64,000 bases of DNA from contig CP158636.1 of NCBI GenBank assembly GCA_050273025.1, positions 6,200,001 to 6,264,000 of the forward strand. Reading direction: 5' to 3'. The stretch comes from Cenococcum geophilum. Lineage: Eukaryota. The notes beneath the pieces are model-generated. The model saw nothing but the letters and a program-made list of their open reading frames with translations, ran no database searches and was not told the DNA's origin. Positions within the stretch are counted from its first letter, which is position 1. Every line of letters begins with the position of its first letter. The translations under genes and the position numbers were made by a program. Of this stretch, positions 35,801 to 46,132 are shown piece by piece.

Positions 35801-38800
35801 AGCTTTCCGGTCATGGGTAAACTTAAGATGTCAAGCGAGGCGTTCGGAGATATCATGGGTCGACGATGCCACTACAGTTAAACCTATCCATCTAGCTGCT
35901 GCGTATGGACTGACTAGCATTGTAACTAAATTGATAGAGCACAACGTAAACCTGCACGCCAAAACTGATGAGGGATACTCGCCGCTCCAATTTGCGGCAG
36001 AATATTATGGATCCTCGGAGGAGCCGAGAACGCGCGGCATCGAGCTTCTGGAATTACTACTCAAGAACAAAGCGGATCCGAATCAGAAGGCTAGAACTTG
36101 TCCAGCACTCTGTGTTCTTATCTTCCAAAACCCCAAGGTTGACGCAATAAAACTCTTCCTGAAATACAAAACCGACGCTACCTGGAAACATCGCAACTGG
36201 AAGCAGGGCATATTACATTACTTCGTTATGTGTTGTAGCAATATAGAGGTTCTCCATGCTCTCATTACGGCTGGGGCTGATCCGAATGCGAAAGACTTGT
36301 GGGGAGAAACGCCGCTCCATACGTCGATGAAGGAGCAAGACCCTTCCACCGAAATCCTAGAGGCTTTAATTGCAGCAGGCGCTGATGTCAATGCTGAGGA
36401 CAGCAGCTCTCAGCGTAGGTAGTCTCCTACCTTCTACACTGCTTTACTCAACATTTCTAGGTCCTTTGTACGAAGCCTCGGTGCACGGCAACGTTAAGGC
36501 AGCATGTGTTTTGATCGAAAATGGCGCAGATATAATGGACGATGATGTAAGGAAACACTGTCCTTCACTTTCATCGCACGAGGTGTCCGAGCTAATCACG
36601 CTTCTATGGTTGCAGCAGATAAGATGACGGCATTACATATGGCTTGCCAATTCGGTCACCGAGAATTCACATGGCTTTTGTTGGATAAAGGCGCTAGAAT
36701 TGCGGAGCTTGATGCGCGTGGTCGAACGCCGTTTTATCTAGCTTGCGAAGCTGAATCTGATGAAACGGCACTCTCTTTGATCGAAGGGTTAGATCCAAAG
36801 GATCATGCGATTTTTACTTTGGCAAATTCAGATGGAAAAACTCCCTTGCGAAAAGCTGCTGCTAGAGGGCACAAGAAAGTAGTGGAGATGCTTTTCGAAA
36901 AATTAGACTACGATCTTACGAGTCTCAGCACTCAGGACACGAAGTTTGGGCAAACTCCCTTACACGCTGCTGCTTACAATGGCCAAAAGTCTATTGTGGA
37001 ATTCCTGATAGGCAACCAAGCCCCGACCAAAATCAAAGACAAGCACGGGAACACGCCATTGAAATCTTGCTTTGACGGATGGACGGAGGATAAATCCGAA
37101 GACTACGAGGCAATCTGTCTTCGTTTGATGGAAATTGATCCGAAGGTGGCAGTCCAGGATCCGGAAATTCTCAGAGCCGCAGCGATGAGGGGAAGCATAC
37201 CAGTAATTAAGAAGCTTCTCGAAGCGGGCGCGGATCCTATGAAACAAGACGAGCACGGCTGGACGTCAGTCCAGCTGGCTCAGCAATATGCGCGCATCGC
37301 AGCAGTCGAAGTGCTTTCGAACCATCGTGCCGTAGTTGGACTTCAACCTAGCAGGTTTAGGAGCACTCTCCCGAAGACGTTTCGTATGTCCGAGGATGGA
37401 AACGAGGTTGAATTCATATCGACTAGTGAGTGGCGTCTGTTTCCCCCGTTCTTTAATCTTGGCACCTATCCGCTAATGTTGTGGCCAAGAGGAACATATC
37501 GCCGCAAGCGTCCTCAGCGACCATCCGATCCCGGCTGGGGTTCGTGGCCACTACTACGAAATTGAGGTTCTTGACCCCGGTCAGAAAGAACCTGGGTGAA
37601 TGGGCAACCTCCTTGCCACCCCTTAGTCTTTAATGCGGTTCCATGCTAACTTTCTGTTTAGTGAGGTTGCCTTTGGATTTTGTCACAGGCCTGCGCGTCT
37701 CTGGAAATGGCTGCCCGGCTGGTCTGAGCCTAACCCCAACATATCCAGCTGGGCTTATCACGGTGATGATGCGGGTCTGTGGATGCATCCCAGGAAGGGA
37801 TACACTGCTGTGTACCTTGAAAAATACGGCCATGGCGATATAATGGCGGACAGGATCCGGACAGTAACTTTTGGCAGTAACTTTACTGTCCGAATCTTTT
37901 GATCGACGGCGGCTCAGCAGGCGGTAAAGGAAGCTAAGACACTACTCAGGGCCTATTTTAGCCTTCCCGTCATCTATTTTTACTCTTTCTTGTGCTGTAC
38001 ATATCTCCCCTTACGCGTCTCCTTCTACGCGTCTCTCTACACGTCTCTCTACGCGTCTCTCTACGCGTCTCCTTCTACGTGTCTCTCTACGCGTCTCCCT
38101 TTGTAAGAGAGGTACGGGTAAGGCACGGGCAGAGACGCGAGCAGAGGTACGAGCAAAGCCACAAGCAGAGCCACAAGCAGAGCCACAGGCAGGGCTACAA
38201 GCAGAGCCACGAGCAGAGCTACAAGCAGAGCCACGAGCAGAGCCACGAGCAGAGCCACGAGCAGGGCCATGAGCAGGGCCACGAGCAGAGAGAGGAGCAG
38301 AGGGGGGCAAAGGGAGAAGTAAAGGGGCAGCCTAGATAGGAAGGTGGGTCGGTAGGGATGGGAGGTAGGTCTAGATGAACAGTGCTTAATTAGTTGATCT
38401 ACAGGGGTAAATTAAGGCTGAGCTTTGATATTCCCTTTCTAGACACCCCTTTCTACCTCTACACCTCGCACCTCTATACCTCTACACTTCTCTACGTCTC
38501 TGCTTGTGGCTCTGCTCGTGGCTCCACTCGTGTCTCCGCTCGTGATACCACTCGTGTCTCTGCTCGTGTCTCTGCTCGTGGCTCTGCTTATGGCTCTGCT
38601 TGTGGCTCTGCTCGTGCGTCTACTTATGTCTCTGCCCGTGTCTCTACCCGTGTCTCCTTGCGTCTCCTTATGCGTCTCTTTGCACGTCTTATGGGGGGTT
38701 GGGCAGAGAGGTGTAGAGACAGACGTAGAGATATAAGGTGCAGAGGCGTAGAGGCGTAGAGGTGTAGAGGTGTAGAGGCGCAGGAGGAGGCGCCTCTCTC

Positions 38801-40101
38801 CCCTTACGCGTCTCTCCTTACGCGTTTCTTTCTACGCGTTTCTCTCTACGCGTCTATGCGTCTCTCGCCACGCGTCTCCCTTTGTAAGAGAGGCACGGGC
38901 AAGGCACAGGCAGAGACGCGAGCAGAGAGAGGTACGAGCAGAGCCACAAGCAGAGCCATAAGCAGAGCCACAAGCAGAGCCACAAGTAGAGCCACGAGTA
39001 GAGCCACGAGTACAGCTACGAGCAGGGCCACGAGCAGGGCCACAAGCAGAGGAGCAGAGGGGGCAAAGGGAGAAGCAAAGGGAGCAGCCTAGATAGGAAG
39101 GTGGGTCGGTGGGGATGGGAAATGGATCTAGATGAACAGTGCTTAGTTGATCTACAGGGGTAAATTAAGGCTAAGCTTTGATATTCCCTTTCCAGACAAC
39201 CATTTCTACCTCCACGCCTTATACCTCTATACCTCTATACCTCTCTACGTCTCTACTTGTGGCTCTGCTTATGGCTCCACTTATGTCTCTGCTCGTGGCT
39301 CTGCTTGTAGCTCTGCTTGTGGCTCTGCTCGTGCGTCTACTCGTGTCCCTGTCCGTGTCTCTACCCGTGTCTCCTTGCGTCTCTTTATGCGTCTCTTTGC
39401 ACGTCTTATGGGGTGTCAGGTAGAGAGGTGTAGAGACATACGTAGAGATATAAAGGTGCAGAGGCGTAAAGGCGCGGAGGCGTAGAGGCGTAGAGGCGCA
39501 GGGGGAGGCGCCTCTGGGGGTAAGCCGTGCTAAATTAAGCTACGACTCTAATAAATAAGCTCTAAGCCACTAATTTTGCACCGGCAGAATGAAACTTGGC
39601 AAAAGATTCGGACAGTAAAGTTACTGCCAAGAGTTACTGTCCGGATCCTGTCCGATATAATGGGCTGTGGTATCGACTTCGAGAAGAACACCATCTTCTA
39701 TACACGTAACGGGGAGCTAATTCTCGTTACCCGGCAAGGCCAAACACCAGAGAAATGTATACAGATTCTACCACAAAATTTAAATAGTTCATTGCTTACA
39801 TGTGTAATGCTGCAGCATACTACGCATACACCAAAGTCACTGGTCGTCTGCATGCCGTCTTGGGTACGTCTTACAAGACTATTATCCGTGTCAACTTCGG
39901 CAACAACCTGGAGGTGCGGCCTTTCAAATGGGAATCCGCGAATGGCACTAATTTCGAGGATGGTGGGTTCGTGGATGCTGTAACGTCTGCGGAAGAAGAG
40001 TTTGCGAAAACTTCGGCAGACAAACCGCTGGTCGAAAATGGGAAAGCCGCAGAGGGAGAAGAGAAGAAGGTGGTAATTATGTCAAATCCTCTAGGAGCTT
40101 A
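32848..40101 (+). CDS. NLR-like STAND protein: N-terminal helical domain, NACHT, ankyrin repeats, C-terminal SPRY domain; disrupted by a transposon at 37847-39654
   Basis: Walker A WISGGGGFGKS split by intron 33878-33927; Walker B VFVVIDALDEC; many ankyrin repeats (GYSPLQFAA, GETPLH, GRTPFYLAC, GQTPLHAAA); SPRY motifs HYYEIEV, LPGW..SWAYHGDD, GDI|MGCGIDF..TIFYTRNG, RVNFG. About 7 introns. Confidence 0.9.
37847..39654. mobile_element. Non-autonomous Mutator-like (MULE) foldback element, 1808 bp
   Basis: 55-bp TIRs (37847-37901 / 39600-39654, 1 mismatch); perfect 9-bp TSD atataatgg (37838-37846 / 39655-39663); no transposase; interior built from 8- and 12-bp arrays. Confidence 0.92.
38004..39514. 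repeat. Two tandem ~0.75-kb units, each containing inverted 12-bp minisatellite arrays
   Basis: Each unit: (acgcgtctctct)n, (gagccacgagca)n, a spacer containing ctagatgaacagtgctta, (tgctcgtggctc)n, (agaggcgt)n, ending in ggaggcgcctct. Confidence 0.9.
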
Positions 40102-41113
40102 GTTATTTGTGATATTAAATGTTTATATGCACACGTTAGAAACATAAAATATAAGTTTATTGCCGGATTTACTATTATTTAAGCCGTATTTAAAAGAGTA
40201 AAAACTAGTATTTTATCTCTATAATATAATTTGCTAATAAAGCTAGTTTAAAAATGCTATATTGGAATTAACTAAATTTAATAGATATAGTTAAAAAGCA
40301 ATTGTAATGGTTGTAACTCTTTTTACTATAGTTGTGACGGGCTCGTATAAATGCCTCTGAGACGAAGCTTGTAGATTGCTACCATATAAAGATACTAAGT
40401 GGAGAGAAGAAGAAAGGAAGGCCGCTAGGGGTCAACGCAAATACAAAGGGGTCGCCAAGGCGCCAGTGGTAAGCGAGCCAATGGCGATTTTCCATCCCGG
40501 GGATGGAAAATTCTAATTGGCTGATAGAAGTGTACCGATCTAACACAAATTATGTACCTTTTCGCCCAAAATCGCGTGCGAAAGTACTCGGGGGCGGTCG
40601 CTGCGCGACCTCGTGCGGGGTTCGCGCGCGTTATCAGCAGGGGTGGCCCTAACCTCGACCCAGGTCGTAACCGCGCCAAATCAGCCCCCCCAATATGTGA
40701 TAGCTATTAGGAATAGCTCAGGGAGCTATGGAAGTTGAGATAATTTGGCTCAAAGTAGATGTATATGGGCCTAAATACCCCGCGCAGGACTAACAAAAAT
40801 CCAAACCGTGTACCAGACCTTCGTTAGAAGGTCTTGCCAAAAGCGGCTAGCGGCTTGGCAAGGTAAGTCTTGGCAAGAAAGTCTAGGAACGAGACAAATC
40901 AGTGGCTTAATAGTATAAGCCGATTAATCAGTTATGTAAGCAGCTTATGATTGGATTATCGTCTGGGACCAAGATAAGCAATCTTGGTTAATATGGTAAA
41001 TTAGTAATACTAAGACTAACTCTTGAAGATAAAATCGACTTCAAGTTGGTAATTCTGTTTTTTTAACAACCCTTTCATCGTACGTGTAGCATGTTGCTTA
41101 CGCCGGCGTGAAT

Positions 41114-44100
41114 ATGCCTAGGCTTCTTAATAGAATACTTCGTCGCCCCGATAGGGGAGTTACACCAGAGCAGAATCTGCTTGCTTCGCCGCAACTCGCC
41201 TCTCCTTCAAGAACCGGAAACGAAGGGTACGCAGCACCGAAGTTAAAAATCTTTCTGCCCACTCAGCTGCTTGAATCATTTGGAGATTGATAAGTAATGC
41301 TCTATGTTGTAAAACCAACATTAACCCAGCAAAATCTCTAGTCGTTCCGTTTCGGAGCTTCCCGCAACCCCAACAATAACAACACCACAGACGTCGCACG
41401 CAGACATCTTCAAGACTGGGGGCGATGAACTTACCCAAAATGGAGACTACAATGGTGCCGTTGTGATGTACACTAAAGCCCTTAAATATGCACCATCCGA
41501 CATAACTCTTCTTCTAAGTCGTTCTTTGGCCTTTTCGTTGTCTAATCCTCCAAGGTTAGATCTCGCACTCCAGGATACGGATGCCGCAATCCAACTTAGT
41601 CACACACACTGGCAGGGATGGCAGCAAAAAGGCGAGATACTTCAAAGGATGGGCGATTTTCAAGGGGCAGATGAGGCTTTAGTGAGGGCGGTTGGATTCG
41701 CCGATGGAGTTGATAAACCCACAGCCCGTAGGTTGCTCGTAGATTTCCGCGCGCGCCGGAACCAGCCACCCGCCGTAATGGAGCTTCCGACTGAGGTACC
41801 AACCTTACCTCCAAATCTTCCAATAGACGCTGCATCTAGTACGCCTCCAACGGTGCCCTTAGATACGCCTTCTGTATCACGTACGTCAGTACCGACACAA
41901 TCCCTGTCGCAACCTTCAGGTGAGCTTAGGCCGTTAGAAAATGTTGTAGCCCTAGAACCAACTAGATGTTCGTAGGTGATTCTCGAAGTACAAATGGCCC
42001 TCAAACAGCACCAACAATCCCGGTCACACATACTCACAACACGTGGACAGTAAACCAGGCACCATCCTCAGGCGTTAGTGGAACGCCTAACGACTTGCTC
42101 AGTCCGGCGGATACTCTAGCCGATGCTCCACCCATTTACACTCCAAGTGCTAACCCGCGAGAGCCCACAATGCCGACAATATCTAGGCAAGAACTTGGCA
42201 CTAGATTAGGACAACTGCAGAGATCCTTGGCAGCCAAGAATAAAGGCAGTCTCTCTATTAGACCGTACACAACGACGGGAACAATAGATGCGATACAGCT
42301 GCTTTATGTGGGCATGACACAGCTAGAACTGACCAGCAGAGAGTTGGGCACCCCAATATATCTACATTCGACTTTCCGTACGATATACACCTCAAAGCTT
42401 ATATGTATTTAGCTGACCGGACGCAGGCGCCATGGCGGTTGATTCAATCAATTATCCTGGAAATACGTTCATTGACATGGACTGCGAAAGCTCGGGATAC
42501 TATGAAGGCAAACTGCCCGGCACGGTGTCAATATCTGGTTACTCTGAGGAGTATAGGGCCCACCAACTTCTTACTGCGCCCATCCTGAGCATCGCTCTGG
42601 AGGGGGCTACCTGCCTCCCCACAATACAGTTGGACAAAATTGTGGACCGGCTACAAAGGCTGCGATTGCAACCTACACTCGAGGATAATGAAGGTCTCAA
42701 AGAGTTATTGGGCTTCTCACAGTACTTCATCTCTGTCACTGATCTCTATACCTGCGCTGACTCCACCAATATAGATTGAACGCCTTGCAATCTGGTTTAT
42801 TCGGCGGCGGCTCAAGACAAAGACAAATTGATTCCATATGCTTGCTACTAACCCGCAGCCTGTACGATGCTCCAAACCGGTTCATCGACTTCTCTAAAGC
42901 CCGGAACTTTAGTAATAATACTCTAGGCTCAACTGCGCAAGGCATTGGTTTGCATAATTTCCTTTATCAGATTCTTCTTGGGGCGGAGCTTCTGATCCGC
43001 CTCCGAAATGAACCAGTCGCAACTGGCTACGCTGGCATCATCACAGACAATATATCTGCATTAATTGTGTTGAGCGCTTTATGGATGCAGAACGTTACCA
43101 TTCAAGGCCCCAGAGCGATAGCCACAACCGCAACACCTACTGCAACAACTGCCACTCTGCTGAGACCTGAGCCGCAATACACGCTGTATTCTGTAAACCA
43201 TGCAAATCAAGCCGAAGGTCTAATCCGTTTCGGAGAAGCTATGTCCTGGCCGTACATGGATGAGGCTCGACAATATATTGAGACTGCGTATCAGGACTTA
43301 TCTTCTGGGCGAGGCACAGTCGGCTTTGACATGTGCGACTGGCTCTTCGGGCTTGTCCTTCCCGGCAAGATCTTCCGCCATCGAATCATGAGCTGCCTGG
43401 TTTATGCATCACCTTCTATTCGATCCTTCAAACCAGCGCCTTACTGGGAGAACAGTATAGTGGTGAATAACAAAAGCTACTGGCCTAAGCGCACTGTCCT
43501 TGGGAGGGTGCTAGGCGGCCTTAGGAACCCTCGAAGCGTTTGTGGCTGGATAGGCCCGCTTCCAGCTCCATCAGGGGGTAATTTTGCGGGATGGATTCGA
43601 CTGAGCGCTCGTCGGGTTGATATTCCTGTGCCCGTTACTGCTCTTCAAACCTCGCTGGAGAGCCTTGGTTTTGAAGAGGACAGTGCGTCGGAAACATCGG
43701 AGTCCATCCTCGCAAGCATTACCGACCTTAATGAATGGATTCAACCTGCTCCACCCTCCAGTACGGCAGGTTTGGCGGGTTGTGTAATATTCAAGGGTAT
43801 CCATCTCACGGAGGTACCTCTCACCACAACAGTAGCCGGAGCCACGCTATCGGATCTGCCGAAAGAAGAATATCGTGCTTCGCTAGACTTCGAGATCAAC
43901 GGCACCCCTACCCGCTACACCCTCTTCTCAAACCCAGTCTTTGTCTCCGCCCCACCCTGCGTTGGCACACATACCATGCACAGACGTCAAGCTGCGAAGT
44001 GTCTCAGACACATTATAAAGGCTGCAGATCTCAAGGAAGCATATCCGGCAGGTGATCAGCTGGTGATTATCGACGCGCAAGGGGACGGCGAAGAGGTCGT

Positions 44101-44236
44101 GGCGCGCGCGTGGTGTGCAGAAAGGGCGAGGCATGCGGTTATCAGGAGGGGGAGGGATTGTTGTTTTGTTTGCGCAATAACCTTGGCGGAGAGTAGAACA
44201 GGATTGGGTATTAACGTGCTAATATTAAGTTCATAA
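41114..44236 (+). CDS. TPR-repeat protein with a large uncharacterised C-terminal domain; about 5 exons
   Basis: TPR motifs FKTGGDELTQNGDYNGAVVMYTKALKYAP, LALQDTDAAIQL and GWQQKGEILQRMGDFQGADEAL; P/T-rich linker; 486-aa final ORF ending ARAWCAE..HAVIRRGRDCCFVCA. Introns at ~41227-41329, 41920-41975, ~42378-42426, ~42723-42774. Confidence 0.8.
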
Positions 44237-44877
44237 TCGTTCTGGATATCTTAATCGGCAGGATATGCCTGCCCGTAGAAGTGCAGTGCGGTATTGTATT
44301 ATTTATGATGGATACGGTTGTTTTTACTTTAGTTGTGCAGGTTAAAGTGTTGGAATTCTACCCAGCTATTAGGGGCGTTGTATCTATCGCAAGTTCAAGT
44401 CAGACAAATTTGCCTAATGTGAGCAGCGGATGTGCTCATCACCTGAATATGGCGGCAACGCGGTTCCGCCAAGGGGAGTTTTGATCTGTGACTACCCCCC
44501 TTTCCGTCTAAGTGCGCAAGGCACACACGCGTAGTTATCCTAGACATTTCAAAGACGCAACATACCCCCAACATAGCACAAGCATGATCAGAATCGAGGT
44601 CAAAGTTTGGCATCAGTGAACGTAAATAAGCATTATCTCTCTCATTCGACTAGAAATGATTGTCCTGTTTCTTCCGAGTCATCCAGCATTTTTCTCCTAC
44701 CAAAACCACACGAAGAGCACTTTGGAAAAAAAAATTACCAATACAAATTGCCTCAAGTAACACCATTATCGCCATTATACCTGTAACATGGTTCCGCCCC
44801 CTTCCCCTTCCCCCCAACCCAAGATCATTGTCAACGTTCGAGTAATGACTAAGGAAATGGCCAGAGCCGTGGATCAC

Positions 44878-46132
44878 TTAGGTGTGTCCCGGGTCGGGCG
44901 TAGTGAGTGCGTAAGTGTACGAGTTAGAGACGGTGTAGTGGGTGGTGCCGGAGTAGTATCCGGTGTTGGTGGCGTAGGACGCGTCCCACGTGCGCGAGTA
45001 GAAGGAGCAGTAGGTGCCCTGCGGGATGTTGTTCTTGCTGAGGACATACGCGTTGAAGAAGTTGCACGGCATGTAGGTGCGGTCGGTGGCCGGGTGGCGC
45101 GTGTTGTAGGCGGTCTGGGCCTGGCACGCGGCGGCGCACTGCGAGGGGTCGAAGGGGCCGCTGTTATACAGCTTCATGCCCAAGTATGTGTTCTTGTTGG
45201 TCGTGGGGTCGTATGGGGCGTTGATGGCGCCGGGGAGGAGAGCGCTCGGGCCGGTGAAGTTGGTCAGGGCTGGTGGAGCTGGTGGGGACCTGATGTAGCC
45301 TGGATATGGAATTAGTGTTTTGTTGTGGTGGTTGGAGTTGAGGTCGACTTACCATTGGAGCCAGCGATCACGACATGGAAAGCCTGGTTATTGGAATCGA
45401 CGGGACCACGCCATTGACCCGTGTTCGTAGCGGCTGCAGCAGCGACTGGGTAGCCGTAGAGAGTGCACTTGACATTAGTGAAAGGAGCAGGGTTGGGGCA
45501 AGCAGCAGCGGGAGTAATGCTGGGATCACGCTCAAAGTAAATATCGAAGCCGAGGCAAGTGCAGACTTGGTCGCACTTGGCTGAGCAGAGAGATGGGTCG
45601 TATTGGGCGAACGTGTAAAGACCAATGTATCCGATTTGTGAAAGACTGCCCTTCAGATTTTGGAAACCGGGAGCCAAGTAATAGCCTGCTGGGGCTACAG
45701 CGTTGTTTGCGTAGTTTGCAAGAATGGGGGAGTTAAGGAATCCAGTATCGCTTGTGTCATAGCCAGGAGAGGGGCCTTTGCTGCAGGTTGTTAAATATAT
45801 TCCAAACTCAGCTACCTGTAGAATGCTTACCCATCTGGCTCGGGTCCACAGTCAGTGCGCTTGGCAAGCTGACCCCGCCTGAGGCCACGCTTAGACGAGG
45901 ACGAGGGGGTAGGAGTATAAATGGGAGCAGTTGAGATCTCTTGGGCAGCGTCGCTGGCAGCAGCGGAGGCGTCGTATGTTGGAGTCGCTGAGACTTGCTC
46001 GACGGCAGGGCCAAGACCTGTGGTAGGAGTGGGGAGCGAATCGACATAATCGAGCTCAATCTCCTGAGGCATTGCTTTAGGAGCAGCAGCCGCCAGTCCA
46101 AAGACTGCGGAAAACAATAGCGCGGAACGCAT
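44878..46132 (-). CDS. Secreted cysteine-rich protein with two PAN/apple-like modules; 3 exons
   Basis: Signal peptide MRSALLFSAVFGLAAAAP; dibasic KR sites; modules YDPSLCSAKCDQVCTCLGFDIYFERDP and FDPSQCAAACQAQT..CNFFNAYVL..GTYCSFYS; introns ~45830-45781 and ~45351-45300. The fold call is an inference. Confidence 0.82.

Noticed and set aside
37992..39485. ORFs encoding (QSHE)n, (ALLV)n and (RATS)n repeats
   Set aside because: By-products of stop-free 12-bp minisatellites within the MULE-like element; open in several frames on both strands.
39720..39815. Apparent second frameshift in the NLR SPRY region
   Set aside because: Explained by a plausible ~59-bp intron (GTATAC..GCTTAC..CAG) that restores the frame.
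40333..40795. Possible solo LTR (TGTGAC...TAACA) between the NLR and TPR genes
   Set aside because: Flanks atagt/aaaat are not a convincing TSD and there is no second copy in the window.
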